Shown here one piece after another: positions 11,529 to 23,552 of a DNA stretch of 64,000 bases. Position 1 is the stretch's first letter. Every line of letters begins with the position of its first letter. The position numbers and the translations under genes were made by a program. This stretch comes from Pachysolen tannophilus NRRL Y-2460 (Eukaryota): NCBI GenBank assembly GCA_001661245.1, contig KV454013.1, positions 1,458,502-1,522,501 of the forward strand, read 5' to 3'. The notes under the pieces are model-generated. The model saw only the letters and a list, made by a program, of their open reading frames with translations, did not search any database and was not told where the DNA came from.

Positions 11529-13646
11529 ATGACAAAAGATATAGCGATCACAAGGTCAGTGGTAACCAATCAGCTGAATCCCATTGACTGGTCTTTGGAT
11601 TCAAAAATAACAGTGGTAATTGCCAATCAGCCATTTTTCTATATAATAGACAATTCATTTAAACCCAACAAGGTTCTTATCAACAATTTAGAGAATAGTT
11701 TGATAAATATAGTCGGTTATAACGAATCATTACAGATAACGCAGACCTCGGTTGAGAATAATGTACAATTGCTGAGTTGGAATTTCAAGTGTCAACTTGG
11801 TCTTTTGCTAAACAATTTAAATTTATTTATACTGAATAATAGATTTATCGTTAATAATGATGATTTTATAAATGTTAACAATTTTTTAAAAAATTACTAC
11901 AAGATTGATTGTTCCTTGATAATTAAGAATTGTGATTTGTTGAAATTGAGAATTCATTCTTTCAGTTGGTCAAAAGATTTGCTTAGTTCGAAATTGGAAG
12001 TACCTTTATATTTAAGTATTGCAACTGAAGATGGAAGTATAGTTATATTACAATCAAATAGTACTGGTCAGTTAACCGTCAATTCTATTTTCAAAACTCC
12101 AAATGGATGGGCCAATGCTTTGAGCTGGTCACCTTGGTCTTATAATGATAAAACAAAAGACTACGTTTCATATTTATTAATAATTTTGAAAGATAATTCA
12201 ACTTATTTGAAAAAAATTATTTTAAAAGAAACAATTATAGTTGATGGTGATTTGATTCAATTAAAACTGGAATCAAATTTTTCTATTTCAAATTTCAAAT
12301 GGTCATGTATTGGAAATAAATCAATTTTGTCAGTGGTTTCTACGAATCTATTGCAAGTTTTCACAATAGATAACAATAGTAACAATGTAACTGAAAATGA
12401 AATCAAATTGGGTAGTTTTTATTCAATATCAAATATTTTACATATTAAAAGCGACAAAAACCTCATTATTGTTATGACGAATAGTTTTAACTTATTATTT
12501 GTTTTTAGATACGCTATTAACAAACCGTCATTGATACTCAAGTATATGGTAAACTATAATAATTTAAAAGAATTGGAAAAAATTCAAGATGAGGAAATAA
12601 TTTTGAGATATTTTATCAAGAAATTGATAAGAGTATTGAAAATTAATTCCAACAGCAACTTGATTTCAATTAGAGGCTTATCGATAGATGGCTTGAACAA
12701 TTTACTTCTGTTTTCCTATGTGTTAAACGATAAATTAGTTCCATCTGATTTAAAAGCTCCTCTCAACTTGAGTTTTAAAACTTGTGTCTTACCAATTTTC
12801 AATCACATTGATTTTACTGATGAAGTTAAGTTATCTAAATTTTTTTATAATATAATTGAGGAATACAATTTCTTTAAAGTTAACCCAATGTTGTTATTAA
12901 AGGAAATTGAGGTTTTCTGTGATAGTAAAAAAATAGATGACCAACTACTTGTACAGAAATTATCAGACAGGTTTAATGATGATTTAAAGTTGACGTTCAG
13001 TGATGTCAGATTAGATAAAAATTCATTATCCAATTCATTACATATAAATTTAATTCAATTGAACGATAAGGCTATTCAAAAATTACAAATTGCATCCAGT
13101 TTATTTAAAGATAATGACTCATTGATAAAGAATGATTTTTTCAAAAATCCTGATTTTAAAATCTTAAGATTGATTATCACAGTAGTGATACTGTTTGTAA
13201 ACAATTCAACAAATAAAAAAAAATTGATTACAACACCTTTGGATGAGGCTCTTTATGAGTCGTACAACTATTTTCTCAACCCTAATGAGAATAACATTTC
13301 AAAAGAGATGATGATAAAGCAAGAAAATAATGGTGGGTCAGAAGGTAAAGTAATATCGATCACGAATAAAGATTTGAAAATAACAGAGGTTTTCAATCTT
13401 GAATCATTAAATTTACATTCAATTCAATCATTGAATAACAACATCTTGTGGAAAAGATGTTGTCTCACATTGTTGCCAATAATGGATACTGGCTCTATAA
13501 CGTGTGGTAATTGTTCCAAAACCTGTATTAATATTAAAAATTTGTGCAATTATAGTATTGATGAAAATTCGTCTTTAACTAGAGAAATTTTGAACTTCTT
13601 CCATAGTTGGTGTGCATTCTGTGGTAATAGATTAAATCAAAATTGA
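11529..13646 (+). CDS. TFC8: TFIIIC subunit (Tfc8/Sfc9-like): WD-like N-terminus and C-terminal zinc finger
   Basis: C-terminal WKRCCLTLLP..CGNC..CAFCG resembles zf-TFIIIC; WD-like ALSWSPW. Confidence 0.65.
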   Translation: MTKDIAITRSVVTNQLNPIDWSLDSKITVVIANQPFFYIIDNSFKPNKVLINNLENSLINIVGYNESLQITQTSVENNVQLLSWNFKCQLGLLLNNLNLFILNNRFIVNNDDFINVNNFLKNYYKIDCSLIIKNCDLLKLRIHSFSWSKDLLSSKLEVPLYLSIATEDGSIVILQSNSTGQLTVNSIFKTPNGWANALSWSPWSYNDKTKDYVSYLLIILKDNSTYLKKIILKETIIVDGDLIQLKLESNFSISNFKWSCIGNKSILSVVSTNLLQVFTIDNNSNNVTENEIKLGSFYSISNILHIKSDKNLIIVMTNSFNLLFVFRYAINKPSLILKYMVNYNNLKELEKIQDEEIILRYFIKKLIRVLKINSNSNLISIRGLSIDGLNNLLLFSYVLNDKLVPSDLKAPLNLSFKTCVLPIFNHIDFTDEVKLSKFFYNIIEEYNFFKVNPMLLLKEIEVFCDSKKIDDQLLVQKLSDRFNDDLKLTFSDVRLDKNSLSNSLHINLIQLNDKAIQKLQIASSLFKDNDSLIKNDFFKNPDFKILRLIITVVILFVNNSTNKKKLITTPLDEALYESYNYFLNPNENNISKEMMIKQENNGGSEGKVISITNKDLKITEVFNLESLNLHSIQSLNNNILWKRCCLTLLPIMDTGSITCGNCSKTCINIKNLCNYSIDENSSLTREILNFFHSWCAFCGNRLNQN

Positions 13647-13826
13647 ACCTGAATATATAGAAGCCTAATATAATAGAACTTTTTCAACTTAAGTGACAAT
13701 TTATTGAAACAAACGCAAAACCAAATAAACAATTAACGAAAACTATATATTAAAATAGAAAAAAAAAGGAAACTTTTTATTATCAAAAAAAAAAAAAGAA
13801 AGAAAAGAAAGAAGAAAAAGTTTCAA

Positions 13827-14849
13827 TTATTCGTCTCTAGTTCTTGGTTTCTTCTTGGCTGCTTCTTCTTCTTTTTCTTTTTCAATTTCCTTAACTACAT
13901 CAGCAATTTCTTCATTTGATAACTTGAGGATTTTACCAGGTTTCATAACACTAATTTCAATATTCTTAGCACCTGTTTGAACAACTTCTAACAAAGCCTT
14001 AATTGTCAATTTAACAGTTTCCTCTTCACTCAATCCATTAATATTTTCATCATCTTTTGGGTAATTTTTCTCCAAAAATTCTCTGACAGTTTTCGATGAC
14101 CTACCGATAGAGTTAGCCTTCCATGAATTATATACACCTGAAGGATCTGTTGAATACAATTTTGGAACAGTATCGTTATTATCAAACCCAGCAATCAAAG
14201 TGGCAATCCCAAAAGGTCTAACACCACCACTTTGTGTATATCTCTGCTGAACTCCAGCAACGTATTTTGTCAAGTAATCTATTGTAACTGGGTCTTCTAA
14301 CGTCAATTTATACGATTGAGCTTCTACCCTTGCCTTGTCTATTAAAATTCTTGCATCTGCGTTTAAACCAGCAAACGCCAACAATACATGATTATCAATC
14401 TTGTTGATTTTTGATGGAGTAATTCGAGGATCTTGCAATTTCAACGCTGTTCTTCTCTCACACCCCAAGACTACCACATCTCTACCTTTGATACCAACAG
14501 CACATGTACCTCTCTTAACAGCTTCAGAAGCATATTCCACCTCTACAACAATTTCAAATACAAGTTAGTAATAATGAAAAAAAAAATATAATTATTCTCT
14601 TTAAAACACAAGAGCACCTCTAGCCTAACACTTACGAAACACATGCCCATCAGGACTAAATAATAAGAAATATCACAAGGGAAAAGTTAGAATTTGATTG
14701 ATTTCATATTAAAGTGGCGATTTGTAAAGCTTTCCAAGATATAGCCAATTAAACAAACCATTACGCCAAAAAAAAAAAGAAAAGAATAAATTGCAATTGA
14801 TAAAAGAAACATACCTGAAAATGGATAAAGCACTATCGTAACCACTCAT
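13827..14849 (-). CDS. PRE6: 20S proteasome alpha-4 subunit, 3 exons
   Basis: Exons 14849-14815, 14655-14636 and 14542-13827 give [30 protein letters not shown], 256 aa. Donors GTATGT and GTAAGT, TAG acceptors. Confidence 0.95.
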
Positions 14850-15078
14850 TCGAAAAATATATAACTAGATGAATATATTAAAGATCAATTCTTCTAATAT
14901 TGTATATTTAATTTAAAAGTGTTTCTATTAGGTATCAAGAAAAATCAACAACTTTTTTTTTTTAAAACACTATTAAAAAAAATTGAAAAATTGAAAAATT
15001 GGTGGTGAGAATTAATATTTCATGACGAAATTGTGTTGAATTTTTGGAGTGGATATATAGAGGGAGGATAATTGTGAG

Positions 15079-15522
15079 ATGGCGGAGAATATTAGGAGTA
15101 TTAAGGAGGATGTGTCGGTGGTGAAAAGCAGAGTTCCAAAGCAGGTTCCTCATAAGGATCATTATCAAAGGGTGTCATATTTATACCAGGTATCGCAGAC
15201 GGTAGCGATGGGTTCATCTAAGTCATCTGAGATTTTGTCAAGAATGTACAATAGGAATTTGAATAATATTTCAAAGAAGGCTGTATTGAAGCTTTCACCT
15301 TTATTGAAGAGACAGATGTGCAAGAAATGTAATAGAGTGTTGGTTCATGGTTTAAACAGTACGAGTTGTAGGATTGAAAATACAAGTAAAGACAAGAATC
15401 CTATAAATGATTGTTTAGTAACAATTTGTAAATGTGGGAATATAAAGAGATATCCTATAGGGAAAGACCGAAATTACAAATTATTTTGTGAGCGTGAGGA
15501 AGTGGTGAGTGATTTCAAATAG
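15079..15522 (+). CDS. RPR2: RNase P subunit Rpr2/Rpp21
   Basis: HYQRVSYLYQ, KRQMCKKC..L..G, CKCG. Confidence 0.85.
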   Translation: MAENIRSIKEDVSVVKSRVPKQVPHKDHYQRVSYLYQVSQTVAMGSSKSSEILSRMYNRNLNNISKKAVLKLSPLLKRQMCKKCNRVLVHGLNSTSCRIENTSKDKNPINDCLVTICKCGNIKRYPIGKDRNYKLFCEREEVVSDFK

Positions 15523-15569
15523 CATATATATATATATATTTTTGTAATAATAATAATTTAAAAAGTTAC

Positions 15570-17058
15570 TCAAGGTTTTGGACCAATCATCTTTTCTGGT
15601 CTGACCCATTCATCAAATTCTTTTTCATCCAAGTAACCTAACTCGATACAACTTTGTTTTAAAGTTAAACCTTTCTTGTGAGCATTTTTGGCGACTTTAG
15701 AAGCTGCATCATATCCAATTTTTGGATTCAATGCAGTAACCAACATTAACGATTCATGTAATAAAGCATTGATTTTCTTCTCATTAGCTTGAATTCCTTG
15801 AACACAATGGAGGTTAAAAGATTTACAAGAATCTGCTAATAATCTTATAGACAATAACAAATTTTTTGCCATTAACGGTTTAAAAACGTTTAACTCAAAT
15901 TGACCTGATGCACCTGCCATAGTTATAGTAGTATGATTACCAAATACTTGAGCACAGACCATGGTTAACAGTTCACATTGAGTTGGATTCACTTTACCTG
16001 GCATGATTGAAGATCCCGGTTCATTTTCAGGTAAGGATAATTCCCCATATCCACATCTTGGACCTGAACCCAAATATCTAATATCATTTGCAATTTTAAA
16101 CAAAGATGCAGCCAAAGTATTTAAAGCACCTGAAGCTTCGACAATGGCATCATGAGCTGCTAATGCTTCAAATTTGTTTGGAGCAGTTTGGAAACTTAAA
16201 CCAGTAATGTTTGAAACTTCTTTTGCTACTGCAACATCAAAACCTTTTTTAGTATTTAAACCAGTACCAACTGCAGTACCACCTTGAGCTAAAAGACTTA
16301 ATCTTGGTAAAGTTTGTTTAACTCTTTCTAATCCATAAGTTAATTGTTGAACATATCCTGAAAACTCTTGACCTAAAGTCAATGGAGTAGCATCTTGAAG
16401 ATGAGTCCTACCAATTTTAATAATTTTGGAAAAATCCTTAGATTTAATATCTAATGCATCTCTTAAATCAGTTAAAGCAGGAATTAATTTAAAAGTAATT
16501 TCCATAACTGCTGCAATGTGCATCACTGTTGGGAAAGTATCATTGGAAGATTGTGACATGTTAACATGATCATTAGGGTGAACCGGGTGTTTTTTACCCA
16601 TTTCAAAACCTAATTTTTCAATTGCTCTGTTTGAAATAACTTCATTTGCGTTCATATTTGACTGAGTTCCAGAACCAGTTTGAAAAACTACCAATGGGAA
16701 ATGATCAAATAATTTCCCATCAATTACCTCTTGAGAAGCTTCTTGAATGGCACCAGCTATTTTGGGATCTAACCCATATGTAGCATTGACGATGGCAGCA
16801 GCTTTTTTCAACACTCCAAATGCTACAATAAGTGATCTTGGTAATTTTTCAGATTCTCTACCAATATCAAAATTTTGTAAAGAACGTTGCGTTTGAGCCC
16901 CCCAGTATTTATCAGCAGGAACTCCAATTTCACCAAACGCATCAGTTTCAATTCTTTCTCCAGACTAAAAAATCATTTTTGTTAATAATTTTCTACTCAC
17001 TCTCAAGTTTAAAATTCGACTCCAATTAAACTAAACTATAAACTCCAAGACTTACCAT
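15570..17058 (-). CDS. FUM1: Class II fumarase, ATG-only first exon, no mitochondrial presequence
   Basis: [13 protein letters not shown] signature. Exon 1 is ATG 17058-17056, then GTAAGT intron 17055-16965, then exon 2 16964-15570 ([13 protein letters not shown]). 465 aa. Confidence 0.93.
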
Positions 17059-17515
17059 ATTCAAACAAGTTTCCATAAAAACTTTTCAGTTTAGTTTTTC
17101 AATTGCAAGAAAAGAAATGAAAAATCTAAAAAAGAAAAAGAAAAAAAAAAAAAAAAAAAAAGAAAAAGTTAACAAATCAATATATCAAATATTACATCAA
17201 TCTTCCCCCAATCACCTTTTCCGCTTCTCACTTCCCATTTCCAACTTTTCACTTCTACAAAAGTTCACCACCATCCATTCACCATCTCTTTTTTTCCAGC
17301 CTCAGTATGCACGGTTCAGCAAAGAACGGCGAACGGGTACTAAACATTTATGGGTTTTCCTATTTTGGAAACTGTGCAATGGGAACACTACTTTTGATCA
17401 TTGCAGACCTAAAAATTTTTCAGTTGACTTGTTAGGGTTAATATATGAATTGGAGTTGAGCTTAAGGAAGTCTGAAAGGAACTCTGAAGGAAAGTTTGGG
17501 AAGAGAGTTATTGAG

Positions 17516-18619
17516 ATGTCACTGTTTCTTGAGTATAAGGAGGTTATAGGAGAAGGTGATTTTGTGCTAGCCTTTATTGGTAGAGATAATATCAAGCCGA
17601 TTATAGTTAAGAAAGACGATATATTGAATACAAGGTATGGAGCTTTTGCACATAATAGTATGATTGGTGAAAAATATGGGTCTCAAATTACAAGTTTGAA
17701 AGGGTATGGTTTCATACACTTGTTGCACCCAACACCAGAACTTTGGACTCTTTCACTACCACATAGGACTCAAATTGTGTATACCCCGGATTCTTCATAT
17801 ATTATTCAAAGGTTAAACATCACAGCGGGATCTAGGGTCATTGAAGCTGGTACTGGTTCTGGTTCATTTACACATTCATTTCTGAGAACTTTGAGTAAAA
17901 CTGGTCAGTTATTCACTTATGAGTTCCATGAGAGTAGATATCAGCAAGCAAAAGCAGAATTTGAATTACATTCATTAACAAACGTTATTGCAACTTGTAG
18001 AGATGTATGTAAAAAAGGATTTGTTATTGATGGTTATGAGTCAGGGTGTGATGCTGATTCAATTTTTTTGGATTTGCCATCACCTTGGGAAGCTATTGCA
18101 CATTTACCACAAGTAATATCCAAATCTAAAAGAGTTGGAATATGTTGTTTTTCACCATGTATTGAACAGGTTATTAAAACTGCTGAGGCTTTGAAAAATC
18201 ATGGCTGGTCGAATATCGAAATGGTTGAAATTGCTGGAAGAAAATGGGAAGCCAGAAAGGAAATGATTAGAGACGTTAGTGACGTGATAGGAAGATTAAA
18301 AGACATCAAGCGTAGAAAAGAAGAAGGAATTGAAATCAGAGATAAACTCCAGAATCAAAATCAGAATCAAAAAGTTGGTGAAAAGAGAGGAAACGAAGAC
18401 AGCAATGAGAAAGAACAATTTGTTAAAAAGACAAGAATAGAAAGAGAAGAAAAAGGGTTCAATCCATTTGGTAAAGGTTTGAGAATTAAAGAAGGTGATG
18501 AGCTGTATAATTGGAAAGACATCTCAGAACCTGAAACTGAAGTCAAAAGTCATACTTCGTATTTGACATTTGCCTTCAAAAATGCTCCAACGAAGCCAAT
18601 AGTCAATCACCAATCCTAA
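17516..18619 (+). CDS. GCD14: tRNA m1A58 methyltransferase catalytic subunit
   Basis: [51 protein letters not shown]. Real start is the ATG at 17516; the upstream ORF extension is poly-A promoter sequence. Confidence 0.95.
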   Translation: MSLFLEYKEVIGEGDFVLAFIGRDNIKPIIVKKDDILNTRYGAFAHNSMIGEKYGSQITSLKGYGFIHLLHPTPELWTLSLPHRTQIVYTPDSSYIIQRLNITAGSRVIEAGTGSGSFTHSFLRTLSKTGQLFTYEFHESRYQQAKAEFELHSLTNVIATCRDVCKKGFVIDGYESGCDADSIFLDLPSPWEAIAHLPQVISKSKRVGICCFSPCIEQVIKTAEALKNHGWSNIEMVEIAGRKWEARKEMIRDVSDVIGRLKDIKRRKEEGIEIRDKLQNQNQNQKVGEKRGNEDSNEKEQFVKKTRIEREEKGFNPFGKGLRIKEGDELYNWKDISEPETEVKSHTSYLTFAFKNAPTKPIVNHQS

Positions 18620-18850
18620 TCCCTGATACAATCAGAAATATAGATAGAGAGTAGTATAAACCTATAGTAATGGATGATAAAGTGTAGTAGTGTGTAAGGT
18701 ATCAACCGTAGTTTACTATGGACTTATGGACGAGTATTAAATAAAAAAGGTTTCTGAGCGGTATTATTGATTTAATTGGTGTAGAAACTTTCATATTCAG
18801 GTAAAAAAGATCAGTTCATATATTAAAACAAAAAATAGAAAGAGAAGAAG

Positions 18851-19852
18851 ATGATGTCGTTTGTTTGGAAGCGAGCTATAATACCGACAAATTTGATTTT
18901 TAAAAAAGAAGCATTTGCAGTCAATCCAATTTTTAAGAGAAAGGCAACTACCTCATTACTATTAAATCACCATAATTATGCATTTTTATTTACTTCATCG
19001 CAACCAATAAAGACTTCTTCTTCATTCGGGGTTCAATCTGTAGTAAAAACCACCAAAGTTATAAAATTGCCGGTTATTGGGAATCGTTATTTATCATCTT
19101 CGAGATTGGTACAAAGTTTTTATAATTCACCTCGTCGGAATCCGGGACTGCCATCACTGTTTTCACGCATATCTGATGTTATTCCTGATCCTGTGAAAAT
19201 ACTTCTACTTGTATTGGGAGTTTCATCTTTTTTCTTTTTCATTGCGCTTCCTGTATTATTCATTGCATTACCTCCCATCTTAATTGGGGGTTTTTTAACC
19301 AGTAAAATGTTTCAGCGGAAGTATAATACACTGATGGATCAAAGATGGTCACTGCTAGAAAACACTTCATTAAGTTTTCAACCTTCATCCAGAAACCTGA
19401 TGGCAGATGAAGAAACAGAGTTAGCAAGAAAAGTTTTCAAAAGGTTGAAATTAGCATTGGATGATGATGAAGGTGGAATTTACACTGGGTTCGGTTTCCG
19501 AGATATCCAGGACATAAACCATTTAAAATTGGGAGAAATAGAATCTATACGTCAAGATATGAGAGATGTGAAAATTCAGTTCAATTCCATTAATGAAGTG
19601 ATAACCGTGATGTCAATGGGACTCTATGATAGAAGAAACGATATGAGATTGGGTACAGTTACTGTCTCTTTAAAAAATTCGGCAGTTAGCACTTTGATTG
19701 ATCAACTCTCAAACAAGAAAGACATGATCATTGAAGTAAAACCACTCAATCCTTTTTCAAAATCTTATATAATAAATACTGATAGGTCATATGGTGATGG
19801 AGATAATATCATCATCGACGTGAAAAACTTTAAATCCTGGGAGAAAAAATAA
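18851..19852 (+). CDS. Uncharacterised probable mitochondrial membrane protein
   Basis: Basic/hydroxylated N-terminus, hydrophobic segment around aa 115-150, Puf3-type TGTATATA at ~19888 in the 3' UTR. Confidence 0.65.
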   Translation: MMSFVWKRAIIPTNLIFKKEAFAVNPIFKRKATTSLLLNHHNYAFLFTSSQPIKTSSSFGVQSVVKTTKVIKLPVIGNRYLSSSRLVQSFYNSPRRNPGLPSLFSRISDVIPDPVKILLLVLGVSSFFFFIALPVLFIALPPILIGGFLTSKMFQRKYNTLMDQRWSLLENTSLSFQPSSRNLMADEETELARKVFKRLKLALDDDEGGIYTGFGFRDIQDINHLKLGEIESIRQDMRDVKIQFNSINEVITVMSMGLYDRRNDMRLGTVTVSLKNSAVSTLIDQLSNKKDMIIEVKPLNPFSKSYIINTDRSYGDGDNIIIDVKNFKSWEKK

Positions 19853-20295
19853 TAGCTTCTTTTTATTTCTTTCTCTTCTTTTTTTTATGTATATAAACTA
19901 ACTTATAAATAACTATCTTTTGTAGAACTGTGTATCTTGATAATGATTATTAAAAGTACTGATTATTAATATTAATACCACTCTTCTTACAATAGAAATC
20001 ATTGTGAGCAAAAGCCGCATTTTTATTCGTGCTTCTCAGGTGCGGCTTTTGCATATGTTAAGATAATACTGGGTGCCACATTAAATTTGACTAGAGTTTA
20101 CTTAACAATAGGATTGATTGCCTGTTAAAGTTGGTTTGGACAAAATTATGTTTAAAATGAAGATTGTTTCTCTGTTGTTGATCTCAATTTTTATTCAAAC
20201 TTTTATTTGAACCTTGTAATTTGGTGAAGGAAAAGTATTTGTTAAATTGAAAGAACAATACCGATTAACATTAAGCGAAAAATTTCTGAGAAGAA

Positions 20296-21762
20296 ATGAC
20301 TGTGTCCTCTAATCTGGAAGAAGTTGGCCTAAGAAAACCTGTAAAGTCAATTGCAATTATTGGTGGTGGTGCTTCTGGTGCTGTTACACTTGATATTTTA
20401 ATCAAAGAAAATTCTTTTGAGAAAATTGACCTTTTTGAAAGAAGAAGTTCACCAGGTGGTATTTGGTTATTGGATGAAGAGGCAGATGATCTCAAAATTC
20501 CTCCAGGTGCAACAGCTGCAGAACTTGATCCTGCAATCAACATTCCTGTTGAAGTTTTAAAAATAAAACAAGGTTTAGGTGAAAGTATAAAATTACCAAG
20601 ATCTTTTGTTAGGCGTCAACAACGCTTTACTCAGACTCCAGCTTATGCCGGTATAAGAACCAACATTCCTGAGAAATTTATGACTTACTCGGACAAGCCA
20701 AATTGGAAGTATCTAGACAAGCCAGATGTTGATACATTAACCACTAGAGATGCAGTTGTCAACTATATTGAGGATTATATTGGTCCTAACAAGGACCATG
20801 TCACATATAATACCACAGTTGAAAAAATTAATAAAATTGGTGATAGCTATGAACTATATTTAAGACAAGAAACCAATACTGTTAACGAGGATGGTGAAAA
20901 GTTTGACGTTTGGTGGAAAGAGAACTATGATGCCATTGTCATTGCCACTGGCCATTATCATATTCCTAAAATCCCAGACATCCCTGGTTTGAAAGAAGTA
21001 TTCAACAATTACCCAGAGAAAATCGAACATGCCAAAAGTTATAGAAATAATGAAAAATATAAATCAAAAACAGTTATTGTTGTTGGCTCAAGAGCGTCTG
21101 GCGCAGATATTTCAAATCAGATTGCCTTGGTTGCAAAAAATGTTTATAACTCTAGACGTACAGAATATCGGTTTTCTCCAAGACAACTATCAGTTGCTGA
21201 AAATGCAGTTACGGCTCCTGTTATTTCACGATATGAACTAACAAATGATGGGTTCAAGGTACATTTTGAAAATGGATTGGTTATTGTAAATCCCGATTAT
21301 GTGATCTATGGTACTGGTTATAGCTTTTCCTATCCATTCGTAAGAGATTTGTATCCAAATTTTACAAATGGTCATGTTGTCAATTCTTTTCAACATACTT
21401 TTTTCAAAGATGATCCATTGATATCAACTGTTGGAATTCCAACAGACGGGCTTAGTTTTAGAATTTTTGAATATCAAGCCGTTCTAGTGTCAAGGTTTTA
21501 TGCAGGTAAGATTAAATTACCCTCGAAGGAAGAGCAACAAAAATGGCTTGATCAACTCTACAAAAAATATGGGGAAACAAGAGCATTTTATACTATAGGT
21601 ATAGAAAAAGCCATTTCATATAGAGAAGATTTAACAGAACTAGGTGGTGGAGTTGCTCCACTCAATGGGAATGGCAGACCATTTCCAATTTTGACGTTGG
21701 CGGAATTGGAAGAGCATATACATGCAAAGGAAAATCTTTTGAAGGCCACCACCGTAGCATGA
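20296..21762 (+). CDS. Flavin-containing monooxygenase (FMO family)
   Basis: GGGASG FAD motif, ATGHY, HAKSYR, VGSRASG NADP motif, GTGY. Confidence 0.92.
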   Translation: MTVSSNLEEVGLRKPVKSIAIIGGGASGAVTLDILIKENSFEKIDLFERRSSPGGIWLLDEEADDLKIPPGATAAELDPAINIPVEVLKIKQGLGESIKLPRSFVRRQQRFTQTPAYAGIRTNIPEKFMTYSDKPNWKYLDKPDVDTLTTRDAVVNYIEDYIGPNKDHVTYNTTVEKINKIGDSYELYLRQETNTVNEDGEKFDVWWKENYDAIVIATGHYHIPKIPDIPGLKEVFNNYPEKIEHAKSYRNNEKYKSKTVIVVGSRASGADISNQIALVAKNVYNSRRTEYRFSPRQLSVAENAVTAPVISRYELTNDGFKVHFENGLVIVNPDYVIYGTGYSFSYPFVRDLYPNFTNGHVVNSFQHTFFKDDPLISTVGIPTDGLSFRIFEYQAVLVSRFYAGKIKLPSKEEQQKWLDQLYKKYGETRAFYTIGIEKAISYREDLTELGGGVAPLNGNGRPFPILTLAELEEHIHAKENLLKATTVA

Positions 21763-21948
21763 AGCCTTGAAAGAACTTCTTTTTTTTTTTTTTTTTTCTT
21801 TTCTTTAATTATATTTAATCTATCTCTATTTATTTTTGTGTAACTTTCAGCAATACTTAAGAACTTGAGCCGCACCTTTTGAGAATATAAATACCAATGT
21901 AAAAGAATAGCAAATTAACATTTTCTTAATGGTCAACTTTCTAAATTT

Positions 21949-23079
21949 ATGATACTTTCAGTAAATATGAGTCTTATTAAGCTATTCGAGAAGAAAAACA
22001 GATTGTTATTCTATACTTTTTTCACATTTTTATTTCAATTGAACATTTGGGGGTACTCTTATATTAAAAAAACTTCATACGCATATGAGTTTTCACAGCC
22101 AATTCAAAATAGATTTGACAATTATCCAGTGATTAACTTGAATTCTGCTTTTCTTAACACTTTTTCAGTTTTCAATTACCCAGATCAAAATAACACAATA
22201 AGTGTTGCAACATTTAATGAGAATTGCTCCACTTATAGAAAGACATTTTCAATTAATCTTAAAAATGTTAATATTAACTATGAATGTTTTTCAGAAAGTC
22301 CAGATGGTATGGACCTTGTACTGAACGAAGTAATAGAACCAATTTATAAAATCTCTTATGATAAGCAATTGAACTTGCCACAAATACTGAAAATTTCAAA
22401 CTATATCTTTGATTTTGATGTTGAACATTTAGCAGAAGATTTTTTAACTTTTATAGATGTTGAACATTTAAGAACAAGATTGGGAACAAATATACATAAG
22501 GCAAAGACATTGATGGGAAAACATTTTGCAAACTCTTTGAAGTTTGCAGCTGATCAGTATGAAAATGATAGACTTCTTTGTTTATTTTTTCTGTGCTATT
22601 GTTTGGAAGCTCTGTTTTTCTTAGAAGGACGTACAAGTTTTATAGATGAATTCAACCCTTCCTTAAGTTTTTTTTATATCCTTTTCAGATGTGTTTTAAT
22701 TAATATTGGAGCATATATGTTATTAAGATTTCATGTAATGAAAGTTTTAAAGACAGGAGTCTTGAATACTCATGAACAAAATTTATTTGTCTCAGATTGG
22801 CCTTTTTTCCAATTTCATAATATTTTAGACATCTTGGATAAACATTTTGAAGACTCAATTTTAAATTTAAATTTGGGCATATTTAAACTTCCTGGTTGGC
22901 TTGTCTCAACAAATTTTTGGTTATTAGTTGGCAGTCTTTTCTTTCCTTTCTTTTCATATTATGATTTACTTTTTTGTGATTTTATTAGCACTCTTTCAGA
23001 GAAGAAACCAAAGGAAATTGAGTTTCATAATGAGGAAATAAAAAATAACAAAGAAGACGATATATTCATGGAGGTTTAG
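21949..23079 (+). CDS. Hypothetical multi-pass membrane protein
   Basis: 376-aa ORF with several hydrophobic segments; no family recognised. Confidence 0.6.
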   Translation: MILSVNMSLIKLFEKKNRLLFYTFFTFLFQLNIWGYSYIKKTSYAYEFSQPIQNRFDNYPVINLNSAFLNTFSVFNYPDQNNTISVATFNENCSTYRKTFSINLKNVNINYECFSESPDGMDLVLNEVIEPIYKISYDKQLNLPQILKISNYIFDFDVEHLAEDFLTFIDVEHLRTRLGTNIHKAKTLMGKHFANSLKFAADQYENDRLLCLFFLCYCLEALFFLEGRTSFIDEFNPSLSFFYILFRCVLINIGAYMLLRFHVMKVLKTGVLNTHEQNLFVSDWPFFQFHNILDILDKHFEDSILNLNLGIFKLPGWLVSTNFWLLVGSLFFPFFSYYDLLFCDFISTLSEKKPKEIEFHNEEIKNNKEDDIFMEV

Positions 23080-23552
23080 ATTATTTAAATTTTATTCTTT
23101 TTGGCTTTTTGTGGAAGAAGGTTTTTACTGGTTATCTTGATACTTCTAATATTGTTCATGGTCATCGTATAGTTTTGTTTATGTATGTATGTACACACAG
23201 TGTATGCGGCTTATTGTTTAATTTTTTTTAGTATAAACTCTCATCTTATCGTAAATATTAGTAATTGCACAGATGATTAAACTAAATAATCTACTTTAGA
23301 TCTCACACGGATTTGATAGATTAAATAAGAAAATAAAATTGAAAGGAAAGAAAAACAACAAAATAGAAAATAAGAAAAAAAAAAAAAAAAAAGGAAATAT
23401 ATATATATATGAATATATATATATATATATTATTTTATACACTAATCTAACACTATATCTAAAGAAAAAAAAGTTAAAATCGATGAAAAAAAGGGCAAAA
23501 AGAAAAAAGATTATCGAAAGGAAAGAACATTCAAAAAAAAATTAACAACAGC

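Noticed and set aside
17117..17515. 133-aa N-terminal extension of GCD14 in the ORF track
   Set aside because: Poly-A/promoter sequence shared with FUM1; similarity to the family starts at ATG 17516.
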